This document shows positions 13,301 to 23,861 of a stretch of 48,085 nucleotides of DNA, in pieces. Location of the stretch: contig CAJFCJ010000018.1 of NCBI GenBank assembly GCA_904063045.1, positions 998,443 through 1,046,527 on the forward strand, written 5' to 3'. The notes under the pieces are model-generated. The model saw nothing but the letters and a program-made list of their open reading frames with translations, searched no databases and had not been told where the DNA came from. This DNA is from Dimorphilus gyrociliatus. Its lineage: Eukaryota; Animalia; Annelida. The stretch's first letter is position 1, and each line of letters starts with the position of its first letter. The position numbers were made by a program, and so were the translations under genes.

Positions 13301-13480
13301 AACAGATGAAATAATGCCAGGAAGTGAACTTGACAACTTTTGCAAATCAAAAAATTTATCTCTAGCAGATTACCCAACTTTTGAAAAATTATCCATTTTT
13401 AAATTTCTTGAAGCTATTACGTCATCAAACAGATAAAACTTTACAAAGTGCTACTTGCTGTTTATAACAGTACATTTTTA
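10331..13480 (+). pseudogene. Degraded 5' ectodomain exons (SRCR-like and C-type-lectin-like) probably belonging to the GRL101-like receptor
   Basis: SYQGTFEIFHKDKWFYIRY..VKICSTYGYNYG..ILIETIDCSKQQLSLIENC is SRCR-like. DCSGEFVVIINDVCYYLF..DNFCKSKNLSLADY is a CTLD N-terminus. Same strand as, and directly upstream of, the LDLa exons. The ATG at 10331 is one base out of frame with a signal-like stretch, and several stops are present. Confidence 0.5.
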
Positions 13481-13699
13481 GAATTATTACAGAAATATAT
13501 ATATATATATATTATTTGTACCAGACATCAGAGCACAGCGGCTATCCATTAAAGGCTTCATCTGTTAGCTGTAATCATAGAGTATCTTCATGGATCACTT
13601 GTCAAAAATTACAGGGTTAGTAGAAAAACAAAAAAATGTTTCTCCTTTCTCAGAGAAATTGTTCTCCTTTTTGAATTTTACAGTTATAAATCCCAGATA

Positions 13700-14644
13700 T
13701 AGTGATTACTTTTCTAATGCTTCTAATGTCAAGAATATATCAAAAAACACTTATCTATGTAAAGATGATGGCACATACATCAATATTGTATATATATCTG
13801 ACAATGTCATTGATTGTCATTCTGGTGATGATGAGGAGAATTGTGGTCATATCAAAAGTTCAAATGTCATTCAAAAAATATGTATATAAGTTTAATACAC
13901 GTTTGTAACTTTATAAATGATTGTGAAGATGGATCAGATGAAAATCTTTGTGGTGGGTATCACAAACGCAAAATATTCCAATATTTTCATCTTTTAAAGA
14001 AACAATATATTTTCTTAGAAAGAAATTCGTGCCCACAAAATTACAAGTATAATTTTATCAATTGGTCATGTGACTTTCATTCCATCAGTATTTCTTAGCT
14101 AGTTAGAGTATTTGCATTTGGGGGGAGGAGGGGGTTGGGTAACAGAAAATGTCCTCAAATGACATATTTAAGTGTTAGATTTTTGGTTAAGCAAGAAGTA
14201 GACACTTCCTCTTATGGACATTATTGAAATATTTTTGGAATGATATAACTAACTATTCAGTGAATAGTATTTATACAAGATTAATTTGCATAGAAAGTGC
14301 AAGAATTCCCAATGTATAGCCAAAGAGAAAATTTGTGACAATGAACGTAATTGTTATGATGCTAGTGATGAAAACTGTCTTACCTTCAGGAGCATTTCTG
14401 AAGAGTATAAAAGAGGTGCACTACACAATTGTCAATTCTATACTTGAAGTCATCCCATCAATTCTACAGATTGCAATTTGCAACATCAATTTAATTGTAA
14501 ATATATCTGAATCAATGATTTGTAATTATGAAACTTGTCCAACTGGCTATTATTTATGCCACAGAGGTAAATATTGCATAGGATTGGGACAAATTTGTGA
14601 TGGTATATACCAGTGTCATATGGGTGATGATGAATACAACTGTG
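13700..14644 (+). pseudogene. LDL-receptor class A repeat exons of a GRL101-like receptor (frameshifted)
   Basis: At least four LDLa motifs: VIDCHSGDDEENC, CNFINDCEDGSDENLC, ICDNERNCYDASDENC, ICDGIYQCHMGDDEYNC. Apparent -1 frameshift near 13850. Confidence 0.8.
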
Positions 14645-14705
14645 GTAAAGGGTCAGATCTCTTCCATAGTGTAAATGTTGCTACTTATTTGTAAATGTTT
14701 TCCAG

Positions 14706-16694
14706 AAAGTTTTTTACCTCAGAGCTTCTTCAAATGTAGGAAGGAGAATAAATTTATATTTCACACCCAGATTTGTGATTCAATCTATGACTGCCTGCAT
14801 GGCAGTGATGAATTGTTCTGCTTCAATATGACAACAAAACAAGTCCATATTTCCAGATGTAGACAAGTATCCATCTATAGATTGGATTGTTCATTCAAAG
14901 AACAATTAAACAATGGCAGTTTGTTTGTGGAACAGTTCAAAAATATTGTTGAGTTAAATATTGAAAATGGTCAAAATGGAATATTGAAGAATTTTGTAGA
15001 CAGTTTCCCTAATCTCTGTTATTTGTCATTAAAGCAAAATGGCATTAAGAATGTCAGTGACAATTTAAAGAAAGCAACGAGACTATTACAATATCTTGAT
15101 TTATCACAAAATTCATTTCAATCTTTATCTTTTTTCAAATTCATTAAAAGTACAAATCTGAAATATTTGGATATTTCATTCACAAATGTTCATGCAATAC
15201 ACAAATATGAAATTGACAATATTAAAAATTTAGAAACACTTAAAATGATTAATTGTCATATAACCAATCTAGAAACAACAAGTTTTCAATCAGCAAAACT
15301 TCTTCAGCAGTTGTTTATTCAGAATCTTAGAATTTCAAATAATCATTTCATTTATATGATAACAAAGTTGAAAAATTCAGAAACTATACAGACAAATAAT
15401 CCTCAACTTTGTTGTTTGATCTGGAAATTCATTAAATCTAAAGATTTTTGTATAAATTTACAATCTTCATACTTGAATTGTTCGAAATTTTTCATTTCTA
15501 AATATTTGAAATATTTATATTGGTGTTTGGGTATATTTGGAAATTTATTGACATTTTTGAGAATTGTCACTACTTTTAAGCTGAAAGATCATTTCAAACA
15601 TTACACATCATTACTTTTCTTGGGAGATGGCTTAAATGCACTATATTCATTATTTCTAGCAATTGCTGACAATTATTTTGGTAGTGAATATTTAGAAAAT
15701 GATGAAGTTTGGAGACAAAGTATATTTTGTAAATTGCTTGGAGTACTTGTATCATCTTCATTAATTCTGACTCTAATCGGAGTTCTTCTCATATCATTGG
15801 AACGATATTATTCCCTTTCAAGGCCATTATTTTCAGTTATCTTAAGAACAAAATCATTTTTTATAGCGTTGTTTTCGTTTACAGTGACTTTTATCATTAC
15901 TACTCTACCTCTAGTATTTGATAATGTAAATATTGCGCAGCTTTTCAAATTTGAAATTTGATAATATATAAACAGTTTTTTTTAAAACAAAAATAAAGAA
16001 TATTTACAGCGAATATCGAATTTGTTTTTATCAGTTTTCCTATTCAACAACAGGAGAAGATTTTCATATTTCAATATTTTCTATATTTCTTTTTATTCTC
16101 TATCCAACTGTATCAATCATAAACATTGCTATTTTTAATAGGTTAATTAGTAAATTAGTTATAAATTCAAATGTTGGCCTACATATAAATGTAAAAAGAA
16201 AATTATCACTTACAAAAATGAACATAATTTTAAGTGTAACAGTTATTGTTAATGCTGCTTTTTGGTTATCATTTCCTCTAATTGGTCTCTTTTTTTTGTT
16301 ATCTTTTAACATTTCTTTTTATATTTCATACATTTTTCCTTCATTTCTTAAAGCAATTTTCAGTGTTTTGCCAATAAATCACATCAAGGATTTACATGTG
16401 ACAATCTTGGCACATATTCTGCCTTTTTACACACTTATCAATTCACCAATTGCTATTTATAATGAGTTCTATTGGAGACGAGAAGAGGTGAAAGAAAGAG
16501 AAATAGAAAACAGGTTTTCTTTCTATTCTATTAAAAACATTTCGTTTATTATTCTTGTTGACAGGAACATTGAAATAAAGAAAGTTTTTGAAGACAATGC
16601 CTTCAGATGTTTAGTAGCATTCCAAAACAATGTCTTCAAACAAGGAAAATTTACTGTTTCCTTTAAAAAGACATTGAAGGATATATGTTATTGA
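14706..16694 (+). CDS. GRL101-like (LGR type C) leucine-rich-repeat GPCR: last LDLa + LRRs + 7TM, apparently uninterrupted
   Basis: ICDSIYDCLHGSDELFC; LRRs (LCYLSLKQNGI, LQYLDLSQNSF, LKYLDISFTNV); NPQLCC hinge; TM1 GIFGN; DNYFGSEY..WRQSIFCKLLG; TM3 ISLERY; TM7 LPFYTLINSPIAIY. Introns 14645-14705, 15926-15998 and probably 16285-16353 keep the frame. Confidence 0.85.
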
Positions 16695-17179
16695 GACTTG
16701 TAATTCTTGGGCATTTCTTTTATTAGGAGAATTGATATTTAAGAAATTGAGGGTTATGAATAATCAAATTGTAGGGTTATTAGCTTCTAGGCCAATATAA
16801 GAATCCTAATCCTTTTTTTTGCTATGAGGATAATATAGACAAAAAAATATTATCATTTCATAATGTCTACAGAGACAGATATCTTAGTTGATATAATCAA
16901 CAGCTGCTTCCCAGGGCAATTCCATGAACTCCCCTAAAAGTCTCATAGACATATATTGCTTATATAATAAAGTAAACGACAGGGAAGTTGGAACACCTCG
17001 AATTTTGATAGACCAAACATAAAAAATCATTTCCATTATCAAAAAAAATTGTGCAACATGAACATTGGAACAGACTCTTTTGTCTTAACATTTTCTTTAT
17101 TTTTGTATGTGATCACCCTCTTTTTTGATACATTTGTGGGCCGTTGTAAACCATTGTTTTTGTAAGGTGCCACATATTC

Positions 17180-17440
17180 TCAATTGAGCAATTCAGCCCT
17201 CTTTGTTCTTCTAGCTGTGTGGCACCCAGCATTATCTTGCTGGAAGATGTACTTCCTCCCCATTTTAGCCTCAATCACTTCTATAATAGGAAGAACATCT
17301 TCCACAATAAACCAATTATAATTTTCTGCATTATATTTTTCCCTTATTCTCCAAACTTTGAGTATGCTATCAGAGGTTATCAATCCCCAAATCAATACTC
17401 TGCTTATATTTTTTGACACCTTGAAATCTTTTTCTTCCAT
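17180..17440 (-). mobile_element. Tc1-like transposase fragment
   Basis: VLPIIEVIEAKMGRKYIFQQDNAGCHTAR (second catalytic Asp motif). Closely similar to the 27.8-kb copy. Confidence 0.8.
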
Positions 17441-18172
17441 TAATTAAGAGTTGACCAATCAAAATTTATGGTGTCCATATTTTCCTGTCAATCACTTTAT
17501 ATAGTTGTATTCATACATACCCTATTTGTTTCATTATATAGTGAATAATTTACTACATTGTAATTTGCTGACAAATCCAAATATTGCATTTGAAAAATAT
17601 GTTTTATCGAATAAAACATATAAGACACCGGAATATTTCTACTGTTGTAAACAAATTGTCAACAGTCTTAAACATTTTCATGTGAATGGTCTTTCAGTAA
17701 ATGGAAATATTAACTTGAGTTTTATTCATAGGCAGGTTTGTTCATCTTTTATCATCATCATTTTCATATTGAAATATTTATTAAATTTCTTCAGATATCC
17801 AATCGAAATTTTTTCCTTAAAGTGGAAACAGTGAAAGTGATAACACTGGAAGAGGAGAAACATGACATAGTCACTTTGGGGTTGTTTATCAGATATATTC
17901 TAATGAGAAGAGCTATTCATTAGCATTTACTGATTATCAATACAAATCATTAAATCATCAATAATGATTTAAAAATATTTTAATCAATTAAACTCTTTCT
18001 CTTTAAGTTCATACTGAGTGATATTACGATTATTTTCAATATTAAACTGCTACATAGCTAGTTACCAAGTTGACTAAGGGTTAGGGTTAGGGATATAACA
18101 ATCACTTTCACAAAGCAAATGTTTTTATAAAAAAAAAGTGCACAAACTGTTCTCAGTATTTTATTCTTTCTA

Positions 18173-19510
18173 CACTAGCCTTTTTAATAATTATGAAGTA
18201 AAGAAACTAAGAATTGAATGGACAACTTCAGGTTTTTTTGATATCCTTGAAAATTTACCAACATGATTCAATGGCAACTGCTTCAATTATGAACATGAAC
18301 CAACAATTGAACATTCAGTTAAAGTAATCCTTAAAGAATTTTATGGACCTCAAAATATTGGATTTACTTCTTTTGAAGTTTTTGTAAAACGTAAATTATT
18401 TTTTTAAAACAAAATTTCATATTTTATTTCGTTTTCCTCCTTTCTCTTAAAGAAGTATAACATTTATGATATTCAATTTGTTCATGATGTTGTCTATCAT
18501 TTGCCTATACACTCACAACCAACATTTAATGTGTTCAAATTGAGAGTGAAGCACTGGACAATCTTTTGACTGCTCATCATTAATTATAAGTATGAAGAAT
18601 GAGAAAACAAAACAATTTTCAATCAAATTGGACACAATTTCAAATAATGTGGTAAGATCTTCTATTGAAATTTTTGAACCAGAATTCAAAATGGCCGAAT
18701 TTAATAATTCAAAATCATTTATAAGTTGTCAGTCGTGGACTGATTTCTGGTTGAAAATAGCACCATGTGACATAGTATTTGGTTTAGGTGAAAAGTATGA
18801 TTTGAATAAACTGGTTAGCATAAAGGCAAAAGTATCAATGAATATTCATGAAATCTTATTCAAAAATGGTGTTGCTGATATAATTAATCAAGTTCAAATG
18901 ATTGATACAGGTATTTTCAAGGGAAATTTTTGTGATTTACTTTCTAATACAACACTAACCAATCATCTCTTTCTTTTATAGATCAAAATATTAATTTTCA
19001 ATATGTTAACAATCATGAAAATCTCGAGAATATAACAGATAACTGCAAAAGAATAAACTATCCGGCAGCATCATTCAACTATAAAATATTCAATGGAACA
19101 GAGGTGTTTACAAATAAACTGGTGGTAGCTTTAAAGAAAGATGGAGAATTTAATGATGGAAATGCTGATATTTTTATCAGTTCTAAAACAAGAGAGAATT
19201 CAGAGGAAAGAATATTTTTGTGTAACTATGACAACTATAATCAAACAAATTCATTTCTATATTTCTATTTCCAGTGTAATAATCTAGATAAAAGTGAAAC
19301 AGGTGTTGTTGCAATCCATATAGTTTTAGATATTTATTTAGATAATGAAGATTTTTACTTTTGTAAATTGTTTTTTGTTTCATTTGAGTCAAATAGGTTA
19401 TTTATCAAAATTTCAAATTCTTGCTTTTTAAACACTTCAGTTCGATTACTGTCAGCGGAAAATGGCGTTCATTGTGAAGACAATTGGCAACAATTGGTCA
19501 AGTTATAATT
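18173..19510 (+). pseudogene. Inverted paralog (copy C) of the discoidin-like/FA-methyltransferase-like gene
   Basis: VKVILKEFYGPQNIGFTSFEVFVK before a GTAAAT donor parallels VQVVEISASQNIGLSLVQVFVK in copy A. FISCQSWTDFWLKIAPCDIVFGLG is the Methyltransf_FA-like motif. Same module order as copy A; internal stops and no 5' end seen. Confidence 0.6.
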
Positions 19511-19810
19511 TAAGTAACCTTCCTAAATGCTGAACTTTGTAACATCTTATTACTAAAGATAAATATGAACTAGACAGTTTGGCAGTTGTAAACTAATGAT
19601 TGGATATATGAGGCAAACCTGAAAGTATATAAATCCTCACTGTTCTATTCAAGTAGTCTTCATCTCTCCAACTGATCACTTCAGTGGATCATCTGGAGAC
19701 AACCTCCCCTGGAACAAGCCTTCTACTCCTCAACATTGGGTATTAATTTGGTAGCTTGATAATCTCCTATCTACGCTGCTATTCATCTTTCATATTGTTA
19801 CTTGTTTAAG
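19495..19810 (+). mobile_element. Degenerate fragment of the 635-bp LTR family
   Basis: Reverse-complement similarity to the internal part of 32159-32793 (gtaacatc..actaaagataaatatgaacta..gtatataaatcctcact..ctcctcaacattgg..catattgttacttg). TATA-like GTATATAAAT near 19624. Confidence 0.8.
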
Positions 19811-19845
19811 TATTTTAGTTATAAATTTTTGTACAAACTACAAAA

Positions 19846-20069
19846 ATGAATAAGTTGATCATTTGCCTTGTTGTTCTATGCTTTTGTGCAACACTACATG
19901 CTGCCAGCCTGTTTGATGAAAATGATGATTTTCTTACCAGACGTTTAAGACAACTTTTAAAATCATATTATATTATTAAATTTATAAGTTTTATGTGGAA
20001 GTAAACATTAGAGAAGTACTTTGTTCAATACTGAAGAAACTTGGAGGGACAAGCCCTCCTTGTCATTGA
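19846..20069 (+). CDS. Candidate small secreted peptide precursor
   Basis: CAAAA-ATG at 19846; MNKLIICLVVLCFCATLHA (signal-like), then acidic ASLFDENDDFLTR(R). The unspliced ORF is 52 aa (stop ends 20004). A 71-nt intron (19943-20013, weak GAG acceptor) would give ..LTRQVLCSILKKLGGTSPPCH*. AATAAA at 20173. Confidence 0.45.
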
Positions 20070-20895
20070 GTAGATGAGCTTTGATGTCAAGCCTGATCTA
20101 CAAACCACCCTTTGGAAAGTTGTGCACTTCAGAAATATAATAGTTAATGTTTTACTTATATTCTGTGATATTAATAAACTTTTTGTTTATAATATAACAT
20201 TGTTCTAACGTCTCAAAATTACTAATCCTCTTTTTTAACCCTAATATAAAAGAAAAACATTCAAAAAAGTTGTTTTCACTTACATTTTGAACAATTGTAT
20301 TCAAATCACAGTGCTAGAATTACTTTTTATCTGTTTGAATAAAGCAAAATACTTTCAGTGTGTTTGTCCTTTAAAATTTTAATTTTCCGTACTTTGCTGA
20401 GGAATTGCACATTTAGTAAGTTTATAGCAAGATTTATGCTAAGTGGTGTATTCAAAATATAATACTTAAGCAAGTAACAATATGAAAGTTCAATAGCAGA
20501 GTATGTACTTGTACCTATAAAAAGTATAGTCAATTGTAGATGTATTAAGACTAAAGAAAGTGATATAAAGAAATATTTGAGAATAAAAGATAAAAAACAT
20601 GGAAAAAGTGAGAATAAAAGAAAGAATGCTATAAATATAGAATATAGTAGAAAACGGCCTGGATTGAAAATGGCCAAAGACTTATTTTTATATTGGAAAT
20701 GATAAATATAAGTGATAAAAATGAGATTCACATTTTAACTGTTGTTTTATTAAATAATTCACATATTTTTGATTGTTTATTATGTTATTTTGCGTTACCA
20801 AAAGCCTATACATAATTTAATGGTTTATTTATGGGTTTGAGTGATAATATCAGTAGTGAGTAAATTTACCAGTTTTTCAGTCTAAAAGTGTATGT

Positions 20896-21348
20896 GTGTG
20901 TATGTCAATGTGCACAACAATCAACAAATGTCAATTAAAAGTAATTTTGAACAAATATGATTACATTTCCATACTTTTTCAACAATCAGAAACTGAAGGT
21001 AACACTCCAATGGAGGTGGACAGTCAAGCTTTAACTCTTGACAAAATAATGGAAGAGAAGAGCATGACAGAAGCTGTTGTTACTACATTTCAATTGGAAG
21101 GAGAATTACCAACAAATTATTATGAAACCCTGCATACTGCTCCAGAGAACAAGAATATCATGGAAGTTGATCATGAAGAAGAGTGTATGTCAACTGAAAT
21201 CATACAAGAAGATAGTATTAATGTAGATGATGCCCAAAATCAAATAGAGAGTTCTTTTGAAGATATAATGCATGGAGCTAACTTAGATGATGATGGAGCA
21301 TTTAGAATTTTCAAGAATGGGAGCTGTACACTTATGAACTATAGATAG
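20896..21348 (+). CDS. Acidic low-complexity ORF associated with MULE debris
   Basis: E/D/T/M-rich 150-aa ORF, compositionally like 23574-23861. Upstream 20555-20650 resembles the reverse complement of 22055-22150 inside the MULE. Confidence 0.35.
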   Translation: MCMSMCTTINKCQLKVILNKYDYISILFQQSETEGNTPMEVDSQALTLDKIMEEKSMTEAVVTTFQLEGELPTNYYETLHTAPENKNIMEVDHEEECMSTEIIQEDSINVDDAQNQIESSFEDIMHGANLDDDGAFRIFKNGSCTLMNYR

Positions 21349-21419
21349 TAGATATGATATTAATGGTACTTACCACATGATGCTAGAAGTAATAGAGTAG
21401 ATGTTGCCTCTAGGGTAGA

Positions 21420-22286
21420 TGGTACCGAACGAATAGGGGTGAAACCGTACCCGGGTGAAACCATACCCGAGTGAAACCGTACCCATGGCGGGTGAAACCG
21501 TACCCATAAAAGTATAATTAATTGAAGATTAAAACCTAGTTATCTTATATTATTAAATAGTAATAACTAAACCAAAAGCAATAAAAAGATTGTTAAAATA
21601 TAAAAAGACAGTCATTTTAAAATCGAAAAAGAAAACTTTCACTTTGGAAAGAGCTTACTTAGAAGGTCAAAACAAATTTCCTGAATATTTTTGGACAAAG
21701 TTTATCTTGCAGGATTGAAAAGAGGTAAATTCATATGGAATTTAATCTAGTTCAATGTTGTATTAAGATTTTCATTATGCGAAGCTGGTGGCCTTAAGTT
21801 TTCTGCCTGCTGACATCATTGCTCCAACATTTTACAGATTAAAATCTGAACTGATGGAAAAAGAAAAGTTTGGAGATTTATTAGAATATTTTGAGGCTAC
21901 TTAGATTATGAACTCCATATGGAAACCAGAGAATTGGTCTATATATGGATTGTCCATAAGAACCATTCAGATAGAGAGGAAAATATTTGAAATCTGGGAA
22001 AATTATAGACTTGGAGGATTATTGGCTGATGAACTTTTAATTCAAACATCATATATTTATGTTCCATAGTATTCTTTTTTTTATCCTACTTTTTCCAGAT
22101 TTTTCATCTTTTATATTTCAATATTTCTTTATGATGATTTTCTTAGTATTATATATGACTTTCTTTAGTATTAATACATCTTCAATTAACTATACTTTTA
22201 TGGGTACGGTTTCACCCACCATGGGTACGATTTCACTCAGGTACGGTTTCACCTGGGTACGGTTTCACCCGCTCCTGGTACCGAAC
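21420..22286 (+). mobile_element. Internally deleted Mutator-like element (MULE) with about 90-bp TIRs and an 11-bp target-site duplication
   Basis: Direct repeat TGGTACCGAAC at 21420-21430 and 22276-22286. The inverted ends 21438-21527 and 22178-22270 are built of four GGGTGAAACCGTACCC-like units plus ataaaagtata.ttaattgaagat. Internal remnant KLVALSFLPADII..LLEYFEAT*IMNSIWKPENWSIYGLSIRT is a MULE transposase C-terminus. Confidence 0.85.
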
Positions 22287-22323
22287 TACCAGAATCAAGC
22301 CCTTTTATAGGCAAAAGATAAGA

Positions 22324-22681
22324 TGTTACATAAGCAAACATGTTGACAACAACACCAAGTGTTTATTTACATAAATATGATGTAACAATTGACCCTTAAG
22401 GGTTTACCTACACAAAGTTGTTGTTGTTTACATCACTATTGCCTAATATGATAACCCTTGACCCTGTTTGTTGTGTACAATCCTTATCTGGAGTTAGACC
22501 TTGTTGTTAACACCAATGGCACAAACAACTGATAAGGAATTGTATATAAGACAGGGCATAGGTAGTAAGAGGCATTCAGTCCTGAATCAACTCTCTTAGT
22601 CAACAGGTCTAGTATTACTTTAGAATACAGTTATATTGTTCTTACAAATTCGTTCTATATTCATCTTTATTCAATTCTACA
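22324..22681 (+). mobile_element. Possible solo LTR of a second family
   Basis: Begins TGTTACA and ends CTACA; TATATAAG at 22543; AATACA-type signal near 22624. No matching TSD found. Confidence 0.3.
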
Positions 22682-22744
22682 TCTCTTCTAAGTGGCTGAC
22701 TCCTAATTCGGTTCTATTTGGACCAGTACTTACCTACAACCCCA

Positions 22745-23210
22745 TAGCAGGAAAGTACAATTGACTTTACCATTCCTACCTGCTGATGTTATTCCAAATG
22801 AATTCTATAAAATAAAACAACATTTGAAAGCAATTGAGAAGTTGGAGGACCTAATTACTTATATTGAGGATATTTGGATTGAAGATGATCTGTGAACACC
22901 ATCTTCTTGGTCTGCATATGAATCTCCAATCAGGACAAATAATCATGTTGAGGGATTCCACAATAGGTTAAATGTACATGTGGGCAATTCTAAATCTTTC
23001 TACAATCTGATAGATGAACTAAAAAGAGAGGCTTATCCCATTACAATTTACCAACAAATGCTTTCAGAAAAGAAATTGAAGAGATTACAGAAAAAAATCT
23101 ATTTAAATATACAAAAGGAAATATTTGAAACTTGGGAGAAATTTAAAAATGGTGAAATAACAGCTGCTGAGATTTTAGAAAAATGTTCTAAAATATATTT
23201 TTCACATTAG
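22745..23210 (+). mobile_element. MULE transposase C-terminal fragment
   Basis: LTLPFLPADVIPNEF..LITYIEDIWIEDDL*TPSSWSAYESPIRTNNHVEGFHNRLN. The RTNN-x2-EG-x-H motif is typical of FLYWCH/MULE transposases. TGA at 22893-22895. Confidence 0.85.
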
Positions 23211-23414
23211 AGACATGTTACTCTTTTAGTTCAAGTATTATTTTATTGCATTATTTTCTTTATGGTGGTTTTCATGGAGTATGGGAAAACTCATCTCCTT
23301 ATTTGGTAATAAACTTAAAAAGAGTGTTGATGATATTTTTGATCTATAGGAATATATATTTGATAAATGGAGAAAAAGTAAAATATTTAGAGTGAAATGG
23401 ATAGAAAGACATTA

Positions 23415-23861
23415 TTGATGATTACTTGGTACAAAAGCTTTTCCTTTTTGTTTGATCATTACAGGACAATGCACTTTTTTATTTCTGACACTGCATCTCC
23501 AAATTATCATATTCTTACTTCTTTTCTTTATATCAAATGCAAATCCATCATATGATAAAATATCCTTTCCTCTCTAACTTCCTCCAAGCAAATCTTGAAA
23601 CTCTTTATCTACATATGTTGCTTCTTCTTCTTCATTTATGTTATAATTCTCATGATCCATGTTAGCATCCATTTGCATATGTTCTTGAGTTTCAGACAAA
23701 TTACTCTCATTCATAGTCGTATGATTTTCATTTTCTTTGCTCATATCTAATAAACCTTTTGTGCAATCATCATGATTTATGTAAGTATGAATATGCCCCT
23801 GTTCTTGATTTTGAGAGGGACCATTCTCACCTATAGCTACAATATTTTCATCTTTATCCAC
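23415..23861 (-). mobile_element. Acidic ORF followed by FLYWCH zinc-finger remnant (MULE-associated)
   Basis: After the acidic 95-aa ORF: *RGKDILSYDGFAFDIRK/fs/SKNMIIWRCSVRNKKVHCPVMIKQKGKAFVPSNH, a FLYWCH-type W-x-C..C..H pattern. Confidence 0.7.

Noticed and set aside
16985-17480. TIR pair around the Tc1 fragment (aattttgat.g..caa cores)
   Set aside because: The match is short and degenerate with no clear TA TSD, so it is not supportable.
18075-18095. True telomere or telomere-fusion site
   Set aside because: Only two to three TTAGGG units, and similar patches are scattered as parts of small repeats.
20327-20731. Hydrophobic membrane-protein-like ORFs (also 12546-12737, 24018-24299, 35159-35428, 39915-40130)
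   Set aside because: F/L/I richness is expected from T-rich non-coding strands; no conserved motifs or supported splice structure.
21438-21510. CRISPR-like short repeat array
   Set aside because: The 16-bp units are nearly contiguous with no unique 25-45-nt spacers, are mirrored as a TIR, and sit in a eukaryotic context with no cas genes.
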